DNA of 64,000 nucleotides from Podarcis bocagei (Eukaryota): the NCBI GenBank assembly GCA_964188305.1, contig OZ076890.1, one strand, 5' to 3'. Positions 48,101-59,958 of the stretch are shown piece after piece. Within the stretch, counting starts at the first letter, position 1, and every line of letters starts with the position of its first letter. The notes under the pieces are model-generated. The model searched no databases. It was not told the DNA's origin and saw nothing but the letters and a program-made list of their open reading frames with translations. Both the position numbers and the translations under genes were made by a program.

Positions 48101-50416
48101 TTCTGTAACTTTTGCACTGCATATCTTTTTCTTAAATCTCCACATTTTTCCAGGTTTAGTAAACTTTAGAACTTGTTTCATAACCCTGCGTGGTCTTGGC
48201 TTATTTTTAACACCCTCAAGCTTAGAAGATAGAATACCACACTACCTTACGAGGCTTCAAGGAGACCCCAGGGAAATTTGGAGGCCGGCTGATAAAAGAC
48301 AGCCTTGTGGAATAATTTACACCTTATCTAGTGGCACCTATTGTTTAAAGGGGGAGACTCGGCTGAGTAGAGGGGTGCACTCTATGCTAGCCGGGAACAC
48401 CCTCTCCCCAGATGGCACAAGACCTAGGGTGGCTGCCACAAACACACATGTCAAAACTGTCTGGGATGTTATACAATCTTTTAAACATGTTGAAGATGTA
48501 CAAAGCTCCCACACCATCTGCATTCACTTGAGTTAGCATTGTTTGCCGCAGTTCTGGCTGCTTGTACATGCCAAGAGAGGGAATGACATATATTTTATTG
48601 TGTCCAGATGTTTAAATTACAAAATAACAATAACACACAAACCCACATTAAATCTAGATGGAATAATTTTCATTTCTGTTGTAGAACATGAAATTATATT
48701 TGCCTTCTTAATAAGTACAGTGGTACCTCTGGTTACGTACTTAATTCGTTCCGGAGGTCCGTTCTTAACCTGAAACTGTTCTTAACCTGAAGCACCACTT
48801 TAGCTAATGGGGCCTCCCGCTACTTCTGCGCTGCCACCGCGCAATTTCTGTTCTCATCCTGAAGCAAAGTTCTTAACCCAAGGTACTATTTCTGGGTTAG
48901 CGGAGTCTGTAACCGGAAGCGTATGTAACCCGAGATACCACTGTACAATTGATTTTATGTCTGTGTACCCATGGTTTCTGTGTGCAAGAATAAAGCTAAG
49001 AGCAGGCTAAAAGTATCACCTCTCATTCGGAATTACTACTACTACTACTGCTAATTAGTAATAATAATAGACAGTTGCCAGCTACCCACCAGGTACCCTG
49101 GGTTTTTCATTACTTACTTCCTGCATGGAACAGTTATGTATTGTATAGTGAGAAAGATCACTAACAAAAATTTAGCTGCTTCTGTCTCTGCAACTAACCA
49201 ATAATCAAACTGCAAAGTACCTTTTTCTGAATGATTGTTCGATTGTCTAACTATACTGATTATAGTTTCCACAGGAAATGCAAGAAGCAAATTGCATTTT
49301 TATCAAACATTAATTGTATATGTTTTGCAGTTTTCCATCACAGATTATGCTTTGCTGCATGCAAAAGATTTTATCATGTATTAAGAAACATAGGTTCAAG
49401 TGTAGCTCAACAGACACGAAGTTGCACATGTGTACATGCAGTGAATACAGTGGTACCTCGGGTTAGGAACTTAATTCGTTCTGGAGGTCTGTTCTTAACC
49501 CAAAAAGGTCTGAGGTACCACTTTAGCTAATGGGGCCTCCCGCTGCTGCCATGCCACTGGCATGTTCCGTTCTCATTCTGGGGCAAAGCTCAACCCGAGG
49601 TCCTACTTCTGGGTTAGCAGAGTTTGTAACCCGAAGTGTTTGAAACCCGAGGCGTATGTAACCCGAGGTACCACTGTACTCATATGCAAGATTGGTACAC
49701 TGGATTATTTACGTGCAGCTCTCACGCTTAGTCCTATTGATCCATTTTCTGTGTTGGAAAACAGTAATGTATGAAGCTGCCCTGAGCTGCAGGAAGGAGC
49801 AGGACCCATGAAAGTCACAAGCAAATCTTTGGCAAATCTTTAACTACTGTACTGCACTGGGTCCAAAGTACTGTACACTGTTAAAAGTACTTTACCTAGT
49901 ACTTAACTTTGGTTAGAGGGCTCAGCTCAGCATCTGTTCTTAGCCCTAGGCTCAGCCCCAGAATATATGAAATAAGGTGAAAGTTTCCTGACCACCAAGT
50001 AACTGCAGTGAGTTCAACTTCCCACTCATCGGGGACCAACAGGGTCATTTTTTTATTAGACTGCGGTGCTCCCAGACAGACCTGATCCCCGTATACTTTC
50101 TTTCCAGAAACTGAACACTGTTTTTACCTTTGAAAGCAATCCCTGCATTGTTGATCAGCACATTTAATCCTCCATACTTCTCCTTCAAGAAATCGCGTAG
50201 GGTTCGGATACTCTGTAGGTCATTTATGTCCAGTTGGTGGAACTGTGGCTTCAGCCCTTCTGCCTGCAGCTTGGCCACTGCCTCCTTGCCCCGTTCCGCA
50301 TCTCTGGCTGTCAGGTAAACATCCCCAGTGAACTGCTTGCATAGAGCCCGCACGATGGCCAGCCCAATGCCTTTGTTGGAGCCAGTCACCACAGCCACTG
50401 GAATGCTCTTAGACAT
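45188..50416 (-). CDS. CBR1: Carbonyl reductase [NADPH] 1-like, copy A (exons 50128-50416, 46687-46794, 45188-45624; 277 aa)
   Basis: TGSNKGIG Rossmann motif, NNAGIAFK, catalytic S...YGVTK, CPGWVRTDMAGP; 289+108+437 nt exon structure typical of CBR1/CBR3. It occupies the CBR3 syntenic position, so the symbol is by sequence type. Confidence 0.9.
46323..46390. repeat. (CCT)n(CTT)n microsatellite
   Basis: Seen directly. Confidence 0.95.
47334..47662 (-). mobile_element. Sauria SINE, 5'-truncated
   Basis: (ACCTTT)n tail on the minus strand; homologous to 60207-60553. Confidence 0.85.
48718..48943. mobile_element. Tigger/pogo-like MITE
   Basis: TA|CAGTGGTACCTC...GATACCACTG|TA; inverted relative to 43035. 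Confidence 0.9.
49448..49676. mobile_element. Tigger/pogo-like MITE
   Basis: TA|CAGTGGTACCTCGGGTTA...TAACCCGAGGTACCACTG|TA. Confidence 0.9.
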
Positions 50417-51699
50417 CCTCTCTGCCAAGCGGATTCTGATCAGATAGGAGGACGGAAGACACCTTAGGAAGAAACACATCCACATAACCGAGCATGTTTT
50501 CTGTATGGCGTCAGAACATCACAGCATTATTGCGCTATCCGATAGCACAGCATAATCGGCAAGAAAACTTCAAAAACAATTTGCTGGAGTAATTCCATAA
50601 ATATGTTTTTTTGCAGCAAACACAAAAAATCTTGTGACACCTTTAAAAAAACCTGTGAATTTATTGTGGCATAAGGGTTTTGTTTTTTTGTCTGAAGCCA
50701 ATTTGCCAGACACATGGAGTGGCAACTTCACTGGATAGGTACATTTATCCCTATTGCAAAGATGAAGGACTGCCTGAGTTGGAGCATGTGGTTTGGAGTA
50801 TTGCTTTGAAACCTCCATTCCCAGGGTGTGCCTATCGGCTCTTCCTGACCTTTGAACATTATTTTACACATTATTTTATTCTGCAATTTACAGAGACGTG
50901 GTAGGGAGGCCATAATCTACCCTGGTTTTTTTTTTTTTTAGATTATCAGCAGAATTGAGCAGGTTCATGCAATCAAAGAAAAAGAACAAGAACTTACCCT
51001 GCTGTTTCTGTGCAGCGCCTGCTGTTGACTCTCTTCCGCCTTGCCTTGCACAGAGCAGGCACGACAAGGTTGCTATGGAGGCCCGCCTTTCCTGGCAGCT
51101 GTATAGAGCCTCAAGCATTTAAGGAGGAGGGGGAATATTAGAATGTAGCCTATAGGAGAATGTGTAACAAAACAGATGCAGAGCTTTGAGTAACTGAAAG
51201 ATAAATCTGCTCCTCTGGGTATTAGCTTTGTGCCCTCTTGTTTGTTTATGCAACAGTCTGAAGTTAGGTAACATATTCCACATTCAGGAGTATTATCTGT
51301 GTATGGGAGATGAGACATGTACAAACCTAAAAGCAGCTTTTATGTTTGCAAGTTTGCCCTCAGGAAGAGGGAAGCGAGAAGCACTTTCCACAACCTTATG
51401 TTTACTTAGAAATAAATCCCACTGAGTTCAAAGTGGATCATTTCTTAAACTAAATGTCCTTGCAATAGGGGTGTTTGCAAGTTACATTCAGCTTGTGTAC
51501 AAGCTGTGTAGCAACATGCACAAACTACAACACAACAAGTGCACACTCTTCACACAAACTCGAAGATGTGTAAAAATAGTTTGCGCCTGTGTTCAGACCT
51601 ATGTGTAAACAAGCTAAAAATGGTACAATTCATATCATGTGTCAAATTCATTATAATTCATAATTTATAATGTGGCTAATATGTGTTTGGTGCTGTAAA

Positions 51700-51700
<1 letters not shown>

Positions 51701-51735
<35 letters not shown>
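51701..51735. repeat. (AAC)n microsatellite
   Basis: Seen directly. Confidence 0.95.
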
Positions 51736-52572
51736 CCCAATATAAGTTCCTGCTTGCAGGCTCACCATTATTATTACTGTATTTAGTGGTGAGCCTGAAA
51801 ACAGGAACTTGTACTGGGTTTTATTTTTCAAAATAAGAAAAGAAGGGAAGGAGGAACTGGAGGGAGTGTGGAAACTTTGCAAAGATTGAACAAAGTAAAA
51901 AGAAGAGAGAGTACATGCATTAGCCTAGGCATAGGAAGAAAGTGGTGGTGGGGGGGACAATGCAATAGAGAGAATGAGTTTATTATTATTTATTAAATTT
52001 GTACACTGCCCTTCATCTGAAGATCACAGAGTGGTTCACAACATAAAAATACAAAATAATTACTTAGGGAAGAAGTTAGCACAAGAAATAAACCTTGAAG
52101 ACAGAAACTAGCACAGAGGAAGGGAGGTCTAAACAGAAGATTTGTGGTTGGCAAACCAAGAGGCTAAGGAGAATAGAGGAAAAGAAACAAAGATAAGAAG
52201 CACCAAGGCCATGAAGTTGAATAGTGGCTAGAAGTTGAAATCTGACATGAAGCAACAGAGGAAGTCAGTAAAGGGAAACCTATAGAGAAGTACAGTACTG
52301 TAACTAAAATGAGAAGAAAATAAAAATACGTGAGCGTAAGAGTTGAGATTATGGAAAGCATTTTTGCTTATCCAAGCTCATCTCCTTATTTCACTGCAGC
52401 CCCCCGTGCTGCTGAAAGTTGCCAGATCTTCTACAAAAGTGTGGGTTATGGCACAGAGGGCTGCAGGGCGAGTAGGTAGTGGTACAATTGATGAAAATTG
52501 GGTGCTTCATCTTGTACTAGCAGAAGCAGCCATGGGTGGTGCCCAAAGGGACTGGGAGGGCAGCCCAGCAGT

Positions 52573-53144
52573 TGTTGTTGTTTAGTCGTGTCTGACTCTT
52601 TGTGACCCCATGGACCAGAGCATGCCAGGCACTCCTGTCTTCCACTGCCTCTCGCAGTTTGGTCAAACTCATGTTAGTAGCTTCAAGAACAGTGTCTAAC
52701 CATCTCGTCCTCTGTCGTCCCCTTCTCCTTGTGCCCTCCATCTTTTCCAACATCAGGGTCTTTTCCAGGGAGTCTTCTCTTCTCATGAGGTGGCCAAAGT
52801 ACTGGAGCCTCAGCTTCAGGATCTGTCCTTCCAGTGAGCACTCAGGGCTGATTTCCTTCAGAATGCATAGGTTTGATCTTCTTGCAGTCCATGGGACTCT
52901 CAAGAGTCTCCTCCAGCACCATAATTCAAAAGCATCAATTCTTCGACAATCAGCCTTCTTTATGGTCCTGCTCTCACTTCCATACATCACTACTGGGAAA
53001 ACCATAGATTTAACTATACGGACCTTTGTTGGCAAGGTGATGTCTCTGCTTTTTAAGATGCTGTCTAGGTTTGTCATCGCTTTTCTCCCAAGGAGCAGGC
53101 ATCTTTTAATTTTGGACTGCTGTCAGCATCTGCAGTGATCATGG
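52573..53144 (-). mobile_element. BovB (RTE) LINE 3' fragment
   Basis: MTNLDSILKSRDITLPTKVRIVKSMVFPVVMYG...RIDAFELWCWRRLLRVPWTARRSN is BovB RT C-terminus; (AAC)n tail; 11-bp TSD AGCCCAGCAGT. Confidence 0.95.
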
Positions 53145-54724
53145 AGCCCAGCAGTAGGGTCAAAGCCAGTCACAGGCCCAGTCAGCCCCTGGCTGTGTGT
53201 AAGAAAGGAGGGCAGGTGGGGCTGCCAAATTAGTCTAGAAAAGGAGGCTTACCAAAACGAAAACGAACAAAACATGCTCCTGCATTTCATTGCTTGGGAA
53301 GTGGGATCTGCAGCTAAATATTGCCATATGGACTATTCCACTTCAGGATTCTAGTTGCCACCTCCATTTGTCAGCATTATGTCCACTTAAGTTCCCATTG
53401 GGCTATTTTCTCCACTGAGCCCCCCCCACCTCAGCCCACTTTTGCAAATCTTATGTTTTCCCCAAGCTAACTGCTACTTATTTCTTGTGTGTGGATGGTA
53501 CTGTTTTGGCAAGTACTTGGAGAAGTGATTCCTATAATACTGTGTATGATGATAGGTCAACTTCTCAAGATTCAAAATTAAAATTAATTGATTATTCAAA
53601 AAATAATGCCTAAGTATTATTGGTTTTTAAAAAATCATTGCAGTCTATTGGCACTGAGCAGGAGAAGAAGGTATAGCACTGCTGGTGAAATTATTCCCAC
53701 AGGTAGTGTTTCCATTGTCACTGAGATGGCTCTGTATAATATGGCATTCATAAGATCATTTATATGTAGAAAACACAATTTCCCCCCATCACTTGTATAA
53801 TTTTTAAAAACAAAACAATACAGGATAAGTGCATCTCTCCCCTTCTGCTTTATGCAGACCCCTTAAAATATAACAAAAAACCAGAGGTAAACATGATCAA
53901 GCCTTTTATTTTTAAATATGTGCTTTATCATCAAACATATGAAAATGCATGCATGTATATTGTTTAGAAGACATTTCTATTAATCAGAAACAAAGATCCA
54001 GGAATATTAGTTTCAGTTTCATTTGTATGGGTATTAAGAGACCCTTTTACAGAGAAAGTATTCAACTTTTATTTTCTAACACTTATATAATGTGTAAAAA
54101 TGATCCTTCGTGTTTTCCTGATCTTGGAGGATATGTCCACATGCTAACAGTGGAGTGAATTATTTCTAGGGGTTTAAGAGTGCAAATTTGTTCTCTTTAT
54201 ACAGCCCACGTGCACCCTCCCCACAACAGCAGCCCAAATTATATTTGATAAGCCATCATGTTCATTTTACTGATTTCATGCATTCATATTTGCAGTAAAG
54301 GCTGTAATGGCTTGATTTCTGTATTAAATAAAACAGCCTTGCACAAGAGAGAAAATCATGTACACACAATTTAAAATTCAAAAAGCAAATGGTTTTCACT
54401 CATTGTGAAACAAAAATAATTCAAAATAGCTGGAAAATACATATTAAGCCAAGACAGCTTCCCAAATCCGGGGAAGAGCAAATGTAGCAAAAAGATGCTC
54501 ACAAACTGCCACATGCACACACCAAACCAAAATAGTTATTTGCACAGGCGCTTAACAGACAATATGATGCATTTATGAAACACTTTCTTCCCTTGCATGG
54601 GAGCCTGCCACGACTGTTACAGCAGATCCCAGTGGAAGAGCCCACGTCTGCATTTGCATTATTACTGCTAGTAATCAAGTTAGTAGTAACAATGCAAATG
54701 CATTATTCAGTGTACACTGAACAA

Positions 54725-56780
54725 CTACCACTTCTGCACTTTCTTTTCACTAACATACTGCCCGTGGGGCCCATCGGCTCCCGGGGGCAAAAGGGCCAAA
54801 TACACTGGAGTCTCAGCTCCCTCGTCAGGAGATTTTGGGGCTCTGGGACCTGCCATGTCAGTCCTGACCCACCCAGGGCAACAGGCATTCAGGAGAATAC
54901 CATCACCTTTCCTCGTCTCATTCAGCTGCCTTGCCTGAATTCTGGACAGAACCGTTAATCCGGTTTTGGATACGCCATAAGCTGTACTTGGCCAACCCTC
55001 CTTCTCATGCACTCCTTTCTTGGTGTCTTCTACAAATTTTTCCATGAGTTTCACTAGTTCCTCTTCAGTGATTGTGTCACTCCGAAACTTCTGCTGCAAG
55101 TCTTGGCTGCATTGGGACAATGCTGAAGCCCCGCACATGCTAGATATGTTCACCACTCTGCCTATTAAAAGGGAAACCGTTAAGGAGAAGAAACTAGCCT
55201 TAGTTAAGCTTGTTGCCTCCACCCCACCTCATGTTGAGTTCAATAGGCCTTGATCCCAGGTAAGTGTGCATAGGGTTACAGTCTAAATCTTAATGTATTT
55301 TCCCCTGAAGTCAGTGTGGAGCACTTACCATTAGGTTTCATCAGTGGTAGCAATTCTCTGCAAATATCCCTCGTTGCAAAAAAGTTTGTTCGCAGTGTGA
55401 CTTCCGCTTGTATAGCAAATGGAGTTGTATCTGCAACTTTTTGCCAAACAAAAATCAGAATGGACATTATGAAAATATAAACTTTGTAAAATCCTGCTTT
55501 TGTTTCTTCATTAGTTTAGAGTTATTTTGAATATTCATGAGAAAAGTTTCTTTTTAAAGGGTGAGATTAAACATCAATAAAACAAATAAATAGTTTATAA
55601 GAAAAAATACTATATCCAGATGATATGGCACACCATTACAATTAAAGTATTAGAAGGGGTCCACCCAAAAGTGAACCGGAAAGGTGATCACACAATAATA
55701 CTTAACTAGGTTTTATTAGTAAGCACAGCAAATGGCATACATTATGCCAAAATACAGTTTCCAATCGCCATTGTTAGGAAATGTCTCAGTGAGGCTTTAA
55801 ATGAACTTTTAAAAATCGAATCTAAAATGATTTAATGTGTCAACTGCGATCTTATCAAAAAGCGTATTTCAAGTAGCAGAAGCTAGAGAACCTTAAGTTG
55901 CAATCCAACCCCCTTCTCACATCTGACGCACTGGGGGAAGAAGGGGGTTTGGCTGAAGCAGAGGTCCACCTGATCCAAAACAGCTCAGCCAGCCTCTGCC
56001 CTTGATATGGCACTAGCCTCTCTCTTCCAGCACAGAGCTTTCCAATCAGCCCACTGGAAGTACCACTGACAGGATTCCCACAGCTGATGTCCCACAAAAA
56101 GCCTTACTAGCAACGGGGCTGAGTCGGACCAGGATCCAGTGCCTCTCCCATCACTATATGGCACTGGACCTGATTGCTATGCCAGTTTAGACTTTTCCCC
56201 TGCTCCCCTCAACTTCTATCCCAGCCTACATGAGCAGAAGCACTGTGGGTATGGCTATGCTGCTCCACCACACTCTGCGGCTGACAATTAGAAATGCTCT
56301 GCCTATTACTCTGGACAATTCTTCCTAGCAACCTGTTCATAGTGCAGGTAACCAGGCAATTAAAGTGAGGAAGTACCAGAAAGTGACAGACATCCACTCA
56401 CCAAGAGAGAAAATGACAAAGGCTGGAGCCTGAAGCAGAGTTAACTTGCAGCCAGACTGCATGATTGCAGCCAAAGACTATAAATGTATTTTACCTTTGA
56501 AAGCAATCCCTGCATTGTTGACCAGCACATTTAATCCTCCATACTTCTCCTTCAAGAAATCACGGAGGGTTTGAATACTCTGCAGATCAGTGATGTCCAG
56601 CTGGTGGAACTGTGGCTTCAGCCCTTCTTCTTGAAGCTTGGCCACTGCCTCCTTGCCCCGCTGGATGTCCCGGGCTGTTAGGTAAACATCCCCAGTGAAC
56701 TTCTTGCATAGAGCCCGCACGATGGCCAGCCCAATGCCCTTGTTGGAGCCAGTCACCACAGCTACTGGAGTACTAGACAT
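54725..56780 (-). CDS. CBR1: Carbonyl reductase [NADPH] 1-like, copy B (exons 56495-56780, 55329-55436, 54725-55161; 276 aa)
   Basis: Same SDR motifs (TGSNKGIG, NNAG, YGVSK, CPGWVRTDMAGP), intact GT-AG 3-exon structure, adjacent to SETD4 like CBR1. Confidence 0.92.
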
Positions 56781-57262
56781 TCTCCCTGCCAAGCAAATTT
56801 CAAAGTAACTCAAAAGGAACATTAATATCAAAAAGAATGAGATGGTTAATTTATTCACTGCTAAAAAGATTCTAGCAAACCTTTTGCAACAATAGCATTG
56901 AATGGCTTTTATTTTAATTTTGTGTGACTTTTGGTTCTATAAATTACCCCTTGTAAGCTGCTTGAAAAGCTAAAAAATAATAAACTGGTACACCACTTTG
57001 GAACCTATGCAGAGTCCCAAGTTGCAATCTTATAACACCTACCTAGATGTAAGTCTTAGTGAACTGAGTGGGCCTTGCTTCTGAGTAGACAGGCACAGGA
57101 CTGTGCTTCAAGAAAACTGCATTGGGCTGCTTTTTTGCATTGTAAGCCATGGCACCAGTTATGAGGCCAAAGCACAGTTTAGCCATGGCACTGACTTAAG
57201 ATCTTTATTGATGAAATACCCTGTGTCATGAGTCAACATTAAACCCATCTACATTTTAAATT

Positions 57263-57593
57263 AGTGGTTTCCAAAGTGGGCTGTACCTATGGGGGTGTGT
57301 GTGCAAAGAGGAAAGTGGGTGGCAGGGGTGGCACTGGAGGTGTAAACAACTATCACACTGGCACCACTGCACCTTCATCCACTTTGTTGAGTTAATTAAA
57401 CTAGTTTGGATTAGCTTTTCAATTAATATGCTATTTATTTTTACTGGTTTGAGTTTTACTGTGTTATCTTCCTTAGTGGGTTGTGCAAACCGCTCTTCTG
57501 AAAAAATCCTTTTCACAGCGTAGGGCAGTGCGCATTGAGGATGTGTTTATACAACCAAGGGAGCAGTGGCCTCCAAAAGTTTGGGAAGCACCG
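57263..57593. mobile_element. Degenerate hAT MITE
   Basis: TAGTGGTTTCCAAAGTGGG...AAGTTTGGGAAGCACCG Charlie-like termini. Confidence 0.55.
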
Positions 57594-58049
57594 CTTTAGA
57601 TCGCCATAACCTTGCAACGGGGTAACCTAAGCGTGAGCAGGGAGGCCCAACGAAGGGGGAAGAAAAAGACCTTTCAGTTACAAATGCAGTCGTGCAATGC
57701 AGGAGGGGAAGCCGAAAGCACGAAACTGGCAACATGCTTTCTACTGTTATCACTTTGCACCCATTCTGGTCAAAAGCATATCTCTCAGTGGCGTAACTCG
57801 AAGCATAGAACAGACATCTGACTGAAAGAAGGTTCAGGGTCAGTAATAATAAAAAAATAATTTGTTATTTATACCCCGCCCATCTGGCTGGACTTCCCCA
57901 AGGAAACTTCTCGCGTTACTGTACAGCTACAAGCCACTCCCTACCGTGACGCTGCACCCTAGAGCAGCCAAAAAAATAAAATAAAAATGAACAAGGGCAG
58001 TTCTGCAAAATGCTCCCTGGAACAGAGCATAATCGTGTGGCTGCAACCT

Positions 58050-58530
58050 TCCCAGTAGCCACACCCCGCATATAACCGACGCACTCGCTGAATGCATTAG
58101 GATCTAGAGGCATCAACACCACCCAGCGACAAATAAATTCCTTAGTGTCGCTGCGCGGCTACAGGTTAGGAAAACAAGAGTTATAATGTAGGATTAGCGC
58201 GAAAGACCTTTGCGGAAACCAGGCTGCTGCAAAGCTGCTCGACTTCCAACTATATCGGGTGGAGGCGCCTTAAAGAGCTGCGCCTGCTGGGGTGAAGGAG
58301 GAAAGCGTGCGCTTTTTTATTCTCCGCCCAACGGGAAGCGGCGCTCGTTCGACCCTTTCTCTCGAATCGCCAGGGGATTGGCCGACAGGCGGCTGCCGTG
58401 GAAGGACAAGGCCCGCCTCTTCCGGCCACTTGCAGCCTGGGAAAGGAGCCCGCGAGAGTTTGGGGGCGGTGGCAGTCGAAGGGAGAAGCGCGGCAACCGC
58501 TAAGGGGCCCGGGGGGCTGCGGGGAGCTCG
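58050..58530 (+). promoter_or_regulatory. SETD4: CpG island / SETD4 promoter and non-coding first exon (donor at 58531), head-to-head with CBR copy B
   Basis: CpG-rich stretch with donor TCG|GTGAGT at 58530/58531, upstream of the ATG exon (acceptor at 59922). Confidence 0.7.
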
Positions 58531-59358
58531 GTGAGTGGAGTTGCCTGTGCGCTGAGATGCCGCGCGGCTTGTTCCTTAGGGAGGCAGCAAATCCCAATGC
58601 AGACGTCTCTGCAGGCTGCGTCGCTCTGTGTTGCAGCATTGGCCATGTGCTGTTTTTACATAGGCGGGAGCTCTGTTGGATGCAGTGCTTTTTTCCTAGG
58701 AGCAGGCGGGGCTACGCAAAGCCCTAAACATTTTGTGAATCGTTGTACTGTATTTATTTCCCCCGATTTGAACTATAAAATGGTGATTCTCTTGAGTCAA
58801 AATGAGAGTACCTAAACTTTTTTTTTAATAGAAAAAAACACTGTTATATAATATATAGTATTGGTCTTCGTGTGTTTATGATCGTAGTAAAACGAGGGAA
58901 TAATAAATGAGGATTTGCTTCTGCTTCTTTGTAACCCCCCCCCCATATTTATGGATTCCCTCCACCAATAATGGTCCTCAGACTAAGGCTGTCTCTAGTT
59001 CTCCTTTCTACAGTGGCCTGTCAGTTGCCCCCTTTCAATCCTACAAGTAGGGGTTAAAGGCCAAAACCCTGTCCTGCTTTTGGCCCCCAGCAGCTGGTAT
59101 TTGGTGGCAAGAGCTAGCCAATAGCTAGATGAATAGTCTCATTTTATATGTTCAGAAATTAGTTTTGGAAATACAGTTATGGTTGGAAACACTTAATATT
59201 TTTGCCAACAGTAAACCCACATGCAGTGCAGCTGTCACCAAATATGTGATGAACTACTCTGCAGTATATCTTAACTTGGGGCAGATTTTTAGAGAACAAC
59301 TTAATACAGTATGGAACTTTTAAGCCCACTCTGATAGATCTCAGTGCATGCTTTACAC

Positions 59359-59494
59359 CAGGTACAGCCAAACTTGGCCCTCCAGATGTTTTGGGACTAC
59401 AGCTCTCCTCATCCCTAGCTAACAGGGCCAGTGGTCAGGGATGATGGGAACTGTAGTCCCACAACATCTGGAGGGCCAAGTTTGGCCATGCCTG
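59359..59494. mobile_element. hAT MITE (same family as 30926)
   Basis: Palindromic; perfect 8-bp TSD CTTTACAC. Confidence 0.88.
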
Positions 59495-59958
59495 CTTTAC
59501 ACAGTCTGTGTTTATTGGCTGTTTTCTGTTTTTCCTCCCCACCCATCCCCTTAGAACCTCTCCCTCCCACAATAGTTGTGGGGGTTTTTTTGGTGTTTTT
59601 TTGTGCTTCCTCAAACCTTGTGGGGTCACCAAAGCCTACCAATGCCTCCCTCATGACTCTGTTTTGGCAATATGAAGATAGGCAACCAGCAAACTAGTCT
59701 GCTATTGTTGGTCTGTTCCAAAATGAGTTAGTTCAGTGGATGCAAGAGGATGAGATTTTTGTTCCCTGTTTCTTTGCACATTTGATGTTTTTTGTGTTAA
59801 GCCATCTATGAGTGTGTTGGCCATGAAAGTTTTCCCCCAACATTATCATGGTGTAAAACATATTTGTATCTATAGCAACTGAAAAAAACCTACTGTAAGA
59901 AATGCATTTTGTTTTCATGCAGAATTTGATGTACAGAATCTGAAGGCCTTTGATTAAC

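Noticed and set aside
47663-48480. Possible solo LTR in CBR-A intron 1 (TATAAAAGG motif, LTR-like composition)
   Set aside because: Could not define termini or a TSD
45188-50416. Naming copy A as CBR3 by position
   Set aside because: Diagnostic residues (SSVMSVRAL, CPGWVRTDMAGP) are CBR1-type
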